The position numbers were made by a program, and so were the translations under genes. Under the pieces are notes generated by a model that was given only the letters and a program-made list of their open reading frames with translations, was not told where the DNA came from and searched no databases. A stretch of DNA of 64,000 bases from Octopus sinensis (Eukaryota): the NCBI RefSeq assembly GCF_006345805.1, contig NC_043001.1:16430001-16494000 (forward strand), written 5' to 3'. This document shows, one piece after another, positions 25,990 to 39,994 of the stretch (the first letter of the stretch is position 1; the number at the start of each line of letters is the position of its first letter).

Positions 25990-26160
25990 CTCATTCAATA
26001 ATGAGGTTATTTTTAATAGTCATGAAGACTTTCACTTCACCTTTCAGCTCATTGAAGTCCTTGAACGTGCGACCTTTGCTTAGCCAACGAGCCACACAAT
26101 GTTACTATATACCACGATATTTTGTTTAAGGTCCTTCACAGGACATTCAAATTCTCAGTT
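25990..26160 (-). pseudogene. hAT (Charlie/SPIN-like) transposase fragment
   Basis: Minus strand HCVARWLSKGRTFKDFNELKGEVKVFM resembles the hAT VRWLSxG motif. Confidence 0.65.
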
Positions 26161-26612
26161 GTCGAGACCCTGTTTGTATTTAATTAAAACATGTTAGAAT
26201 TTTCTCCAGATAAAAATGCACTCATAAATTTTGTTAGTAAATAAGACAGTAGTGTGGTGATAATTCGAAACCCTAACCGCTAGATAACCGGTCGAACACC
26301 ATGAACGAACCTCCACAGTTTCATAGTGGTGGGTCTATTAAGTCAGCGTGAAGCTGTGGCGTGATGTGGTTTTCTAGAATGTTCTTTCTTGTACCTTGTA
26401 AAAGATCGTTTTACCGCTCGATTAATCGTCGAATGTTGAAAGCGGCTGAATGATATGCGCCTCCGTTCTTCCCAGCAGACGGCTAAGGGCAGACAGCAAA
26501 TGACTTCTCTCATCATGAAGATTTGCGCAGTTGGCTTCGTATGCTTTTTGGGCCGACTGCATGTTGTCACATAGATAGCTTTCTGTAATTTCCAAGCAGT
26601 TTGTCTCTCTCT

Positions 26613-26656
<44 letters not shown>

Positions 26657-27367
26657 CACCAAACATTTACGTGATACATTGTAAATAGCTAACATCAAAT
26701 ATCTTTATGTCCGGTAATAAATATTTTAGTTAAATGTTCGTAAGTGTGCTTCGGTTATTATCCTTTCAGCCAACGAAATATATCTTCATTTACCAGTTCC
26801 ACATTGCACCAACCAACACCACCACCACCACCATTTCGTCTGTGGCATTATTTAGATAAGAAAATTCTGTTGGCTGTCTTCCAATTCTTTTTGGATCAAC
26901 CCAACAAATGCTTTTTAAAACTGTATCAATGATGCCACCACGTCCATAACTAAACATTTAGATTTATCACTGGCTAAATCGAAATGAAAAGGCTAGCTTG
27001 TCTAAAAGTAGACCATATTTTTGTATTTCTTATTGTTTATACTTTGTCAAATAATTGCAATCAAGATCGTATTTTTTATGAACAGCAACCAAATTTCTAT
27101 TAATAAAACACACATTTTCTTCTTTCAAAAATTATCTGCTATTATATATATATATATATATATTTGCAATTTTTTCAGCAGCATTTATGAAGTTTATTAA
27201 CACCGGCTACTATAGAAGGGGGTTAATTTTAGGCATTTTAACATATAGATTTAAAAAATCTAATAAAACTAAGCTAACGTATGTATGTATGTATACATAC
27301 ATACATACATACATATATATATACATACATACATACATACATACATACACATACATACATACATACA

Positions 27368-27398
<31 letters not shown>

Positions 27399-27405
27399 GT
27401 GTGTG

Positions 27406-27570
27406 TGAAGGCGCATGGCTCAGTGGTTAGAGTGACGAGCTCAGGATCGTGAGGTTGTGAGTTCGAATCCCAGACCGGGCTGCGTGTTATCTTCTTGAGC
27501 AAGACAATTTATTTCACGTTGCTCCAGTTTACTCAGCTGCAGAAATGAGTTGCGACCTTACAGGTGCTAT
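27406..27570 (+). mobile_element. SINE family D-type head/core fragment
   Basis: gtgaaggcgcatggctcagtggttag...gagttcgaatccc...ttgagcaagac...cagctg. Confidence 0.8.
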
Positions 27571-27768
27571 CCTATGTATACATACACACATATATAAGTA
27601 CACACACACACACACATTTGTGTATGAGTGTCTGTAAGGACGTCTGTGTATTCATGTTTGCCATAATGAAGTATATGCAAAGATTGTTATTGTAAAGATT
27701 GCTACAAGCAATAATTCTAGAATTAACTAATTATTTAATTTATTAGTTATATTATTTTGAATTAAAAT

Positions 27769-28125
27769 AAGGCGGCGAGCTGGCAGAAACTATAGCACGC
27801 CGGGCGAAATGCGTAGTCGTGTTTCGTCTGCCGTTACGTTCTGAGTTCAAATTCCGCCGAGGTCGACTTTGCCTTTCGGGGTCGATAAATCAAGTACCAG
27901 TTATGCACTGGGGTCGATGTAATCGACTTAATCCGGTTGTCTTGTCCTTGTTTGTCCTTTCTGAGTTTAGCCCCTTGTAGGTAGTAAAGAAATAGGTATT
28001 TCACCAGTCGCTACGTTCTGAGTTCAAATTCCGCCGCGGTCGACTTTGCCTTTCATCCTTTCAGGGTTGGTAAAGTAAGTACCTGTTGAACACTGGGGTC
28101 GATATAATCGACTCTTCTCCACCTC
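27769..28125 (+). mobile_element. SINE family B with partial tandem second unit
   Basis: Junction aaagaaatag|gtatttc at about 27990-28002. Confidence 0.85.
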
Positions 28126-28404
28126 TCCCAAGCTGCGCTTGTGGCAAAAATTTGAAATAATTATTTTGAATTACAGTAATATCTTACACACAAGGCCACA
28201 CTCATTTATCAAAGAAAAAGGATGGAGTTGAGTGAACAGAATACCTGGAACAAGGCCAGCAGTTTTAGGGAGAGATAAAGTCACTCAACTGGAATTTATT
28301 TCATCGGGGACGAAAGGCAAACTTGACGTCGGCAGAATTTGAACTCAGAACGAAGAGTCGGACGAAATGCCGCTAAGCATTTTGCCCGGCGTGCTCTTTA
28401 AGAT

Positions 28405-28832
28405 ATACTCTCTCTCTTTTACTCTTTCACTTGTTTCAGTCATTTGACTGCGGCCATGCTGGAGCACCGCCTTTAGTCGAGCAAATCGACCCCGGGACTT
28501 ATTCTTTGTAAGCCCATTACTTATTCTATCGGTCTATTTTGCCGAACCGCTAAGTGACGGGGACGTAAACACACCAGCAGGGGGACAAACACAGATACAC
28601 AAGCACACACACATATATATATATATACACATATATACATATATATATACACATATATACACATATACGACGGGCTTCTTTCAGTTTCCGTCTACCAAAT
28701 CCACTTACAAGGCATTGGTCGGCCCGGGGCTATAGCAGAAGACACTTGCCCAAGATGCCACGCAGTGGGACTGAACCCGGAACCATGTGGTTGGTTAGCA
28801 AGCTACTTACCACACAGCCACTCCTGCGCCTA
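28405..28832 (-). mobile_element. SINE family A
   Basis: Full head, internal microsatellite and tail. Confidence 0.9.
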
Positions 28833-29171
28833 TCACTAGATTGCTAATATTTATATGTTTCTTGGGGAGGAAGGAGGCAAAGCCGATCATAACCTGATGT
28901 ATTCGCAGAATGGTTTTATTATAGCCAATAACAGAATACACATTGTGACAAAAAACCATTGTCTCCAAGTAGCCCTATTTCTAATTTTCGCAGAAGGTCG
29001 GTAATTTTGAGGGTCGATTATGTCAACCCGAGGACTCAACTGGTGATTATTTTGTCGACCCATAAAGGATGAAAGGCAAAGCCAACCGCGGTGGAATTTG
29101 AACGTAGAGATCGAAGAAATTAGGTTAAGCAATTTGTCCGACCTGCTTACAGTTCTGCCAATCTAACCGAT

Positions 29172-29395
29172 TTCTTTTATTACCCACAAAGGGCTAAACA
29201 CAGAGGGGACAAACAAGAACAGACATAGAGATTAAGTCGATTACATCGACCCCAGTGCGTAACTGGTGCTTAATTTATCGACCCCAAAAGGATGAAAGGC
29301 AAAGTCGACCTCGGCGGAATTTGAACTCACAACGTAACGGCAGTCGAAATACCGCAAAGCATTTCGCCAGGCGTGCTAACGCTTCTCCCAGTTCT
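29172..29395 (-). mobile_element. SINE family B
   Basis: Reverse complement of the family body. Confidence 0.85.
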
Positions 29396-30189
29396 ACCAA
29401 TCTAACCGCTTTAATCGTCACTGCAATTGAATATGGTTAAACAAGGCGCTAACACACTCTAATGCAAAGGAACGAAATTAGATACACAATATAATTTTTT
29501 CATCCGCTGCCCTATCCATGCTTGGGGTAATTATAATATTTCGAATGTCTTGCTTAATAAGATGAGAGAAGACATGGTCGTGTGATTCAACGGTTCGTTT
29601 CGCCTTCAAGTGTTTCGATTCCCAACAGGGTTCAACGGGCACGCTTTCCTTCAATAAGCTTTTGTATGAAATTGCATAAACGAAAACTGCTCGGAAGCTA
29701 GACAGTGTACTGTGTCCGTCGATGGAAGTATTAGATTTAGTCCGTTTCCCTTGTTCAGCTCCTACGTCTGTCATCAGGCCATTAGATGGCTTTAGCAGAC
29801 TTCAGCTTTTACAAGCATTTGGATCAGGTCTCCGGTTTAAGTATCTTGATACGATACACTGATTCTAACCCATAAGTTGATGGCTTTTTTTCTCTCTCCT
29901 CGCACCATCACCAGTCTAATATAGGCCCTACTAACAAATAATGTACGATGCCACCCTACTTTTAATATAACCATGCAAGAAAGACGATATTTACGTAGTT
30001 CTGGAGATATTTATTATTAATAACAGACAATTACCAGTTGAGCACTGGGGTCGATGCAATCGACTTACCCCCTTCCCCGAAGTTGCTGGCCTTATGTCAA
30101 TACTTGAAGTTAATAATACATTATTAATGATAAATGCTCTTGTCTCCGATTTCATAGATATGGAAATGAAATGTTGAGTATATAAAACC

Positions 30190-30415
30190 TATTTCTTTAC
30201 TACCCACATGGGGCTAAACACAGAGAGGACAAACAAGGACAGACAAACGGATTAAGTCGATTATATCGACTCCAGTGCGTAACTGGTACTTATTTAATCG
30301 ACCCCGAAAGGATGAAAGGCAAAGTCGACCTCGGCGGAATTTGAACTCAGAACGTAACGGCAGACGAAATACGGCTACGCATTTCGCCCGGCGTGCTAAC
30401 GTTTCTGCCAGCTCA
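30190..30415 (-). mobile_element. SINE family B
   Basis: Reverse complement of the family body. Confidence 0.88.
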
Positions 30416-30451
30416 ACCATTCGTTCAATAATCTGGGAGCGGATATAATTA

Positions 30452-30647
30452 CCATATTTGATATCATAAAAGACGCACAGGTATATTAAACTCAGCCCAA
30501 TTTCAGTAGCGTATAATCAGGGGTAAAAAAAGGTCTAAAAGGCTTTAGAATATGTTATATATGCCTAATTTCTTATATAAGAGCCGGGGTGATTTTTTGA
30601 GGTATGATTTTTGGAAAAAGGTTCATCGTATATGCCATCAAATATGG
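30452..30647. mobile_element. pogo/Tigger-like MITE (~196 bp)
   Basis: TA|ccatatttgat ... atcaaatatgg|TA terminal inverted repeats. Confidence 0.7.
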
Positions 30648-31077
30648 TATGGAAGAACCGAACAGCCAGTTGCGAGTGAGATAGAATCATTAGTGTGTAT
30701 ATTTATATCAACAATACATTTCGAGTGGTTTGATCTTTGATCGTCATCAGGTGTTTTAATACTTTATATGAATATTATATGAGACTGAATTTAAACTAAG
30801 AACCTTGATTTCTAAGCAAATAGCAATTCATTGTAGTATTTTGTTATGAGATTTTGAATAATAATTGTTTCAAATAAAGGCACAATGCCGGCAATTTTGA
30901 AAGAAGGGGTGCGTTAGCCGACACCGTTGATCCCAATCCTACATTAGTACTTTGAAACAGAATGTTGATCACTGCGGAATTTGAACACATAATGTGAGAA
31001 GCTGGAAAAACGGATTTTCCCAAGGCCCTGACAATTATACTCACGATAATAACTGTCATTATATACTTCTGAAAAAA

Positions 31078-31290
31078 AGGCGGTGAGTTGGCAGAATCGT
31101 TAGCGAAATGCTTAGCAATATATCGTCTGTCGCTACGTTCTGAGTTCAAATTCCGCCGAGGTCGACTTTGCGGTGGCCGATTAAATAAGTACCAGTTACG
31201 CACTGGGGTCGATATAATCGACTTAATCCGTTTGTCTGTCCTTGTTTGTCCCCTCTGTGTTTAGCCCCTTATGGGTAGTAAAGAAATAGG
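31078..31290 (+). mobile_element. SINE family B
   Basis: Family head and tail with internal deletions. Confidence 0.85.
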
Positions 31291-31489
31291 TAAGTAAAAT
31301 TCTCCAGACTGTACGTAGGAATAACAGAGAAATATAAAACTTGTTTTTGGTGGCAAAACGATGGAATGAGCAATTGATTCTTTGGCAAACTTGTGTTTAA
31401 ATTATCAGGGCAAAACTCGAGCCCCTATGGATTAGGGCTTCATCTGCTAAATGCAATAGACTATAAAGAAGCTGTCGATATATAATAAA

Positions 31490-31890
31490 CTAGCAGTATC
31501 GCCCGGCGTTGCTCGGGTTTGTTTTGCTTTCGACCCTTTAGAATTGAAATTTTTGAAAAGTAAAAATTCTCCATTATGTAGCTTGTTATTCTCTTTAAGT
31601 GAACATTTTCCTGGTTGAAATACACCGAAAAATGCCGACGCAGCAGTAAAAAAATCGTAAAAAATAGGGATTTTCATAGAAAAAAAAAAGCACCTTTTTG
31701 ATGTAAATAATTTTTGGTGTTAACATGGTCCGAATTGAATTTTTTCTTCTACAGAAGGAAGAGCAAGCCTTCTTTTGTCATACTTTTAATTTTGGTCAAC
31801 TTGCACCGCAGGGTCTCGGAGGAGATAGTGTTAGTTGAAGGCTACCAAACCTGCCATACACAGACAACTTCAGCTTTATATATAGAGAGA
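31490..31890 (-). mobile_element. Non-autonomous Helitron, ~390-bp family
   Basis: actagcagtatcgcccggcgttgctcggg 3' end; tatatagaga 5' end. Confidence 0.88.
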
Positions 31891-32069
31891 TTATGCTTTT
31901 ATCTACTGAACCATTTACTTTATGAGTTTTGTAGTGTTTTGCGTAACTAAATCATTGTCGATTGATAAAAGATTGAGAGGCGAGCTTTTATTCAAGGCTG
32001 CTTTTGTTCCTTAAATTTTAAAGGGACGTCTTTATGCCATGTCAGATTTCAATTATAAAAGTATTACTT

Positions 32070-32237
32070 AGGCGCAGGAGTGGCTGTATGGAAGGGGCTT
32101 GGTTCCGGGTTCAGTCCCACTGCGTGGCACCTTGGGCAAGTGTCTTCTACTATAGCCTCGGGCCGACAAAAGCCTTGTGAGTAGATTTGTGGATTTAGTA
32201 GACGGAAACTGAAAGAAGCCTGTCGTATATATTTATA

Positions 32238-32306
<69 letters not shown>

Positions 32307-32525
32307 TGTATGTTTGTGCCTGTGTTTGTCTCTCCAACATCACTTGACAAGCGATGCTGGTGTGTTTATCTCCCCGTAACTTTGCGGTTCGGCAAAAAAT
32401 GACCGATAGAATAAGTATCAGGCTTACAAAGAATAAGTCCTGGGGTCTGGATTTGTTCGACTAAAGGCGGTGCTCCAGCATGGCCGCAGTCAAATGGATG
32501 AAACAAGTAAAAGAGTAAAAGAGAG
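32070..32525 (+). mobile_element. SINE family A
   Basis: Head, (TA)n/(TG)n core and tail. Confidence 0.88.
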
Positions 32526-32777
32526 TTAGGTGAAAAAGTGCGCAGAATTGTAGACAAGCATAAAAGACTCACCCCATGGAACGCTGGGCAGCTACGAGAC
32601 TACGTCTTTCAACGATTACCACACACTAAATGACTCTTCTCAGCAAACGTAGATTATATAATAAATAGTAATTTGGATCGTGAGCAGCATAAATGAAAAC
32701 GGTGACTCACTGTTCACGGTATAAATTACGATTTATAAACGGTCGGCAGATATCAGCACGGATCAACACGGAATACA

Positions 32778-33013
32778 CTCTCTTTACTCTTTTACTTTCT
32801 TTTACTTGTTTCAGCCATTTGACTGTGGCCATGCTGGAGCACCGCTTTTAGTCGAACAAATCGACCCCAGGATTTATTCTTTGTAAGCCTAGTACTTATT
32901 CTATCGGTCTATTTTGCCGAACCGCTAAGTTACGGGGACGTAACACACCAGCATCGGTTGTCAAGCGATGTTGGGAGGGGCAGAGACACACAAACGTATA
33001 TTCACACACAAAC

Positions 33014-33050
<37 letters not shown>

Positions 33051-33230
33051 TACACACACACATACATATATACGACTGGCTTCTTTCAGTTTCCGACTAC
33101 TAGATCCACTCACAAGGTTTTGGTCGGCCCGAGGCTATAGTAGAAGTCACCTGCCCAAGATGCCACGCAGTGGGACTGAATCCGGAACCATGTGGTTCGT
33201 AAGCAAGATACTTACCACACAGCCACTCCT
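32778..33230 (-). mobile_element. SINE family A
   Basis: Reverse complement with (CA)n core. Confidence 0.88.
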
Positions 33231-33799
33231 AGTTTTCACTAAAATTATAAAAAAGGCCATCGGCCTTTTGTTAGATTCGTTAGTTCGGGTACTTCTGATT
33301 AATGAGACACAATATGTCCCAGAATCACTTGTATTAACGACTCGAGTGTGTTATGAACAGATAGTCGTCGAAAAGGTGAAGCTGATCTCCCGTGATCAAC
33401 ACACCAGCGATTAACATACATGCTTTCGAATCTGCCGTAATATATTCAGAAGAAATACGCAAGTCGTCGTTTTGCATTGATTATATGATTACATAAGAGC
33501 TTTCGCCATCTACATCAAACTAAGGTTTCTTATCCTTAACTCATTGTCGTATTAGTCATTTAAGCCCCAGTAAAACTTGTTCGAGCAGACCTACGATTGA
33601 AGCCATCTTACCCAAGTATGTTTGTCCGGTTATAGTTTATATGAAATTACTCTTTCCAATATGAAGGCGCGTTAGTAAGGGGGTTGCATTCACAATTGCA
33701 AGATCGTTGTTAACGATTCCCAGACCGTCGGTGCTTCCTGTTCTTGTGCAAATCGTTTCATCTCATGTTGCCTCAGTCTACTCAGCTGTAAATAGGTTA

Positions 33800-34061
33800 T
33801 AAAAATTAATAAATGCGCCCTTTTAAAGCCTAGCCAGGCTCATGGGCCCGGTTTCCCGATTTCAATGGCGTATGTGTTCCCCGGCTGGACGGGACGCCAG
33901 TCCATCGCAGCGTTACTAATTTTTGCCAGCTGAGTGGACTGGAGCAACGTGAAATGAAGTGTTTTGCTCAAGACCACAACGCGACGCCCGGTCCAGGAAT
34001 CGATACCACAATCTTAAGATCATGATGCTGACACCCTAACCACTAAGCCACGCGCCTCCAC
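33800..34061 (-). mobile_element. SINE family D nested in an older SINE
   Basis: TSD tgtaaataggt at 33787-33797 and 34062-34072; interrupts a degraded core-type SINE starting near 33660. Confidence 0.88.
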
Positions 34062-34732
34062 TGTAAATAGGTAATACTGTGACAGAAATGGCATCTAAGC
34101 CAGTGGTGCGGCTTATCATTAAAAAACTACAACAATGCGTGGAAGCGCATTGTGACCAGCGGTGTATAACAGCATACTATACAGTGACATTATCTAGCAT
34201 GTCCTTTATCAAAGACGGTAGTGTGATTTGAGAGGGAGTTGACTGCTATTTCTAGTAGGGCGAGCGACAACGTAGATCAGTATGATTCCTAACGTCTCTA
34301 TAACCACGTCATCTTATCTCGTCATGTTAAACATCCGCGGCACACTTATTGACATTTTGTCGTTTGTGCTATTTGAATTTAAAAATTCATGACACCCCTA
34401 ACTACTACCTACGACACAGCAGGGTGCCATGGTACCCCGATTAGAAACTATTGACAGCAGCTTCGTCATTGGCTCATATTACCCTTTGGGCTCATAGAAA
34501 GTGAGCTATTATATTTCGAAATATTTTTTACGGCTTAGTCAGAAGAGGAAGGGCTGAACTTTTTATCAGGGCCTCTGACCCTGGGGGATGTGAGGAAAGG
34601 AGGAGGAGGCCGCTATTCATGGGTTTCTATAAGAAAAACCTTATGCATCAAAGATATCAAGTGATACTTTTCCACACCAGAATCTGAACGTGGATACTTG
34701 CAATAAAATGGACACCAGTAAGGATACATATA

Positions 34733-35141
34733 TACTACCCACAAGGGGATAAACACAGAGAGGACAAACAAGGACAGACAAACGGATTAAATCGATTATA
34801 TCGACTCCAGTGCGAAACTGGTACTTATTTAACCGACTCCGAAAGGATGAAAGGCAAAGTCGACCTCGGCGGAATTTGAACTCAGAACGTAGCGACAGAC
34901 GAAATACCTATTTCTTTACTACCCACAATGGGCTAAACACAGAGAGGACAAACAAGGACAGACAAACGGATTAAGTCGATTATATCGACCCCGGTGCGTA
35001 ACTGGTACTTATTTAATCGACCCCGAAAGGATGAAAGGCAAAGTCGACCTCGGCGGAATTTGAACTCAGAACGTAGCGACAGACGAAATACCGCTAAGCA
35101 TTTCGCCCGGCATGCTAACGATTCTGCCAACTCGCCGCCTT
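34733..35141 (-). mobile_element. SINE family B tandem dimer
   Basis: Junction gacgaaatac|ctatttctttactac at about 34900-34922. Confidence 0.88.
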
Positions 35142-35748
35142 GGGATACCCATGTACCACCCAGACACGGATTATGCCTACCAGCTCAGTTCAAGTACAAT
35201 TCAGTCGGTAAGATTTCACATCCTTCGTATGCGATGAGGGCTCTGTCTACCGAAATTCAATCACAAGTCTGGTGTATAAACCGAACCGACAATAAAATAC
35301 ATACTTCCAAAGTATTGCGAAGCGAGATCGAATCCAGATCTATGTAGGTGCGAAACGAATTTCTAAACCGCACGAAAACGCCTAATATGCTTTCATTGAT
35401 ACAAACAATTTTCATTGATACAAATTCATTGATATAAAGTTTTAACTCCAGTCAGATGTATTACACAAAAGGTTTTTTTTAAGACAAGTCTGAATCCATG
35501 TCTTTTAATCCATGTCTTTAACTTGATTTGGTCATCATGTAGCATCCATGCTAGGTCAACGCTCCGAAGGATTTTGACGGAACAAATCGACCTCAGCATT
35601 TACTTTTCTTTCTAAGTCAAGCAACTTATTCTCTCGGGCACTTTTGCCGAACCGTTAAGTTACGAAGACGCAATCAAATCAACACCGGTTATTAGAGAGG
35701 TAGGAAGGTAGTAAACAGTACATATATTGATACATATAGATACATATA

Positions 35749-35828
<80 letters not shown>

Positions 35829-35831
<3 letters not shown>

Positions 35832-38800
35832 CGCTGACGCCGGCCCAGGTGCCACACCGTCAGCCTTTATTGACACCCCGGGTGTCTCACCAGTGCCTCT
35901 GCTGCTGAATGTCAGAGGTCTGGTGAACCCACTAATATGGGTAAAATTCCTACCTTAGGGACTTGAGCACAAGCAACCATGCAATATGCATAGCGCTGAC
36001 TGAAACGCATCTGTCAAGCAGTATAGCAGATGCAGAAATACACATACCGAAGTATACTGTTTTTCGGTCGGGGAAGGAAGGAAAGAACTCATGGTGGGGT
36101 TGCCCTGTACGTCCGTGAAGATGTCACACCCATAGTACTGTTGACACACTCAAACTCAGTCTGTGACACATGATAGTACACATAAAACAACCGAAAATAG
36201 TAATATGTGTCACATATCGGCCACCAGACACCCCTAGTCATGAAGGAGTGTTTGAAGATAGCCTCAGAAGAATAGAAGAAGTCCTGGACAAACTGGACCA
36301 GGGTAACACCATTCTACTGCTGGGAGATTTTAACCTTCCGAAAGTCAAATGGCCAGATGGCCATCTCCTCCCTGGAATGACATCACTTGAACAGAGACAG
36401 ACAGAGTCCTTGTTGGCTCTCACATGCAAGTTTTCATGGAGCAAGCAGTGCTTTGGCAACAAGAGGTGAGAATGTCTTGGACCTCTGTTTCACAAGCAAC
36501 CCGATGCTCATCCACAACATAATGGTAACACCAACAATTCTCTCAGATCACAACTTAGTAGAGGTAATGATATATGGTATGAGAGAGTTAGTTGAGACGC
36601 AGCCATTAGAAAATACCACAGGCCTATCCAGTCTCAACTTCCATAAGGCAAACTGGAAGAAGATCAACGAAGAGATCCGAAAACATGACTGGAGTGACTT
36701 CATCACCACACAAGACACCAACACACATTTCCAACATTTCATGACAACAATACAGAACATATGCCATAAGTTTGTCCCGGAGAAAAAAGCCAGCGGGCAT
36801 AGGAACGTTATTCCCAGAGACAGGAAAATACTTATGAGGCGAAGAGCTAAGCTCTCGAAGCAACTGAATGCACGGCAGAGAAACAATGAGGGACTCCACC
36901 TGAAACTTTTTGAAACGGAAACTGCACTCAAACTTTCCTATGAGAAGGAGAGGGCAGAGAGAAAAGCCAGGGCCATAGAGAATATTAAAACAAACCCTAA
37001 AGCCTTCTTTAAATTTGCGAAAGAAACCACCTCGGTACACTGCAAGATTGGCCCACTCTTTGATAAAAAGGGCTCTCTAACTGAGGACCCACAAGGGATA
37101 AGTGAAATACTAAAGGAACAGTATAAAAGTGTGTTCACATCCCCTCTGGGGCACATGCAAATCACAAACCCAGAAGTTTTCTTTGATGCCATAACACTCC
37201 AAAACCAAACAACAACCATCGACCACATAGACATAACAGAGAGGGATGTAATATCTGCCATAGAAGAAATGAGAATAAACTCAGCTGCTGACCAGATGGA
37301 TTCCCAGCAGTCCTCCTAAAAACATGCAGGCATGCCCTAGCGGGACCACTGAAGAGCTCTTCAGTGGTTCCTTGGCTAACGGTAAATGCCCAGGGCGCTA
37401 AAAGAAGGCACCATATGCCCTATCCACAAAGGAGGGAGTAGAGCAGAGGCCAAAAACTACAGGCCAGTCTCCCTGACGTCACACATAAGTAAGGTCATGG
37501 AACGAATCATCAGAAAAAAACTGATCACGTTCCTCGAAGAAACTAACCGTCTCACTGACACACAGCATGGCTTTCGCCCAGGAAGAAGCTGCCTTACGCA
37601 GCTGTTACAACACTACGACTGGGTACTGAAACAACTACTGGATCGCTCACAGGTGGATGTGGTATATCTCGACTTTGCGAAGGCCTTTGACAAAGTCGAC
37701 CACGGAGTGATATGTCACAATTACTCAGACTCGGCATAACAGGAAAAGTAGGTGAGTGGATACATGACTTCCTGAAGGACAGAAGCCAGATGGTTGCAGC
37801 CAATGGAGCCCTCTCGGGAAAGACACCAATAGCAAGCGGGGTGCCACAGGGCACAGTCTTGGGACCCTTGCTGTTTTGGTGGCGCTCTCTGACATGCCCT
37901 TGGTAGCACAAAAACATCCCTCACTAGCTATGCTGATGACACAAAGGTAGCACAGGCAATCAAAAACCCAGCTGATGCTGACCTTTTACAACAAGATCTG
38001 GATGCCATATACAAATGGGCTGAAGACAACAACATGCAATTTAATGCTGGTAAATTTCAAGCCTTACAATATCAAGCTGTAAAACATATACATTACAACA
38101 CAACTATACTGGTCCAGGAGGGATCGAAATCCAGTATCGAAATCAATACGGGACCTGGGGATAGACATGAGTGACGATGCATCTTTTTCTTCACACATCG
38201 CGAAGGTGGCGGACAATGTGCAGACGACTCACTGGCTGGATCCTGAGGACATTCCGGACAAGAGACTGCGAGACCATGTTGACACTATGGAGGACATTTG
38301 TCCTAAGCCGCCTGGACTACTGCTCCCAACTGTGGTCACCGCATAGTGTCAAACTAACCACAGAGCTTGAGACAATCCAAAGACATTTCACCAAGAGGAT
38401 TTCCACCATGAAAGAAAAGAACTATTGGGAGAGGCTTAGGGAACTCAATTTGTACTCCTTGGACGAAGACGAGAGAGATATGCAGTGATATACATATGGA
38501 AAATCCTGGAGGGACTAGCACCAAATTTTGGAATTGAGAGCTGTTCCAATCCCCGTACAGGACGTCACTGTGTGGTGTGCCAAAGGTCCCGTCTTCCACA
38601 TCCAGGGTAAGGAGCAGATACTGTAATAGCCTGGGGTTCAGGGGCCCTCAGCTTTTCAACAAACTGCCAAGAAAACTAAGAGATCTACATGATGCGGATG
38701 TGGACATTTTCAAAAGACATCTAGACAAGCTGCTTTCCGGGATCCCAGATGAACCCACTGCAAGGTACGAAGGTAACCTAAGGGCAGCAGCTACAAACTC

Positions 38801-38920
38801 TCTCTTAGATCAGTGGCCAGCCACGGCAAACTGGACTTAGAGAGGGTAGCAACAAGGGCGGTGCCCCAGCATGGCCTCAGCCGGATGGCTGAAACAAGTA
38901 AAAGAGTAAAAGAGTAAAAG
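35829..38920 (+). mobile_element. CR1/L2-group LINE, nearly complete ORF2 plus 3' UTR, frameshifted
   Basis: LLNVRG, LTETHL, TYRPP, LLGDFN, SDHNLV; KNYRPVSLTS, QHGFRPGRSC, YLDFAKAFDKV, GVPQGTVLGP, YADD at 37929-37940; stop near 38840; tail (AGTAAAAG)n; (TA)n on both sides. Confidence 0.92.
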
Positions 38921-38933
38921 ATTTAATATATAG

Positions 38934-38999
<66 letters not shown>

Positions 39000-39208
39000 A
39001 ATTTATATATATATATATCTCCCTCTGATTAATGCTTCGGATTTTACCGAAATAAGCATAGTGTTTGTGATTTAAACCACGCTGGTGGAGAAGGGGGAGA
39101 ACAGAGATTCTTCGTGCTTATTTGATTTGTTGGCACTGTAGTTACGAGAGATCTTCGAAAGGGTATGTTCTTATTTTCAGTGTTTCCAAATCCAAACCAA
39201 GGAATTTC

Positions 39209-39260
39209 TGAGCTGATGATAGAAGTGTTGTTTTGACTAATCTTGAAACGTACGTTCTCA
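39209..39260 (+). ncRNA. Minimal hammerhead-like motif (Penelope-type remnant)
   Basis: tgag-CTGATGA-...-GAAA-cgtacg-T-T-ctca; helix III is the palindrome ACGTACGT; helix II is weak. Confidence 0.5.
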
Positions 39261-39522
39261 ATACCTTAGCATTTGATTTTTCGATGTCCTTACCCCCAAA
39301 CTTTTGTGAGTTGAATTAAGCAAACACTATATATGAGAGAGATTTTCTTAAGTATTAGAAATAGCTTTAAAAAAGTTTTTTAGCTGCTATTTAATGAGTT
39401 GTATGCGGCAAAGTAATTTATTTTACTAAGCCCTTGTATATAATGTATATATATATATATATAATATATATTATATAATATATTATATATATATATATAT
39501 ATTATATATATATATTATATTA

Positions 39523-39557
<35 letters not shown>

Positions 39558-39586
39558 ATATAATAGATATATATATATATATATAT

Positions 39587-39666
<80 letters not shown>

Positions 39667-39670
39667 CATT

Positions 39671-39985
39671 CGGAGGCACAATGGCCCAGTGGTTAGGGCA
39701 GCGGACTCGCGGTCGGAGGATCGCGATTTCGATTCCCAGACCGAGCGTTGTGTGTGTTTATTGAGCGAAAACACCTAAAGCTCCACGAGGCTCCGGCAGG
39801 GGGTGGTGGCGACCCCTGTTGTACTCTTTCGCCCCAACTTTTTCTCACTCTTTCTTCCTGTTTCTTGAGTAACGCTGCGATGGACTGGCGTCCCGTCCAG
39901 CTGGGGGGAACACATACGCCATAGAAACAGGGAAACTGGGCCCATGAGCCTGGCTAGGCTTTAAAAGGGCGCATAAATAAAAAAA
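39671..39985 (+). mobile_element. Chimeric SINE (family C head + family D tail)
   Basis: ggaggcacaatggcccagtgg head through cctgtttc, then gagtaacgctgcgatggactggcg...aaaagggcgcat. Confidence 0.85.
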
Positions 39986-39994
39986 TAAAATATA

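Noticed and set aside
29478-29774. 98-aa ORF (similar cases at 2549-2818, 4515-4715 and 1535-1840)
   Set aside because: No recognisable domain, splice support or codon pattern.
34933-35347. Recurrent short ORFs such as MRNWYLFNRP and MVVIPAVLFHH
   Set aside because: Chance frames of SINE families B and C, repeated wherever the SINE occurs.
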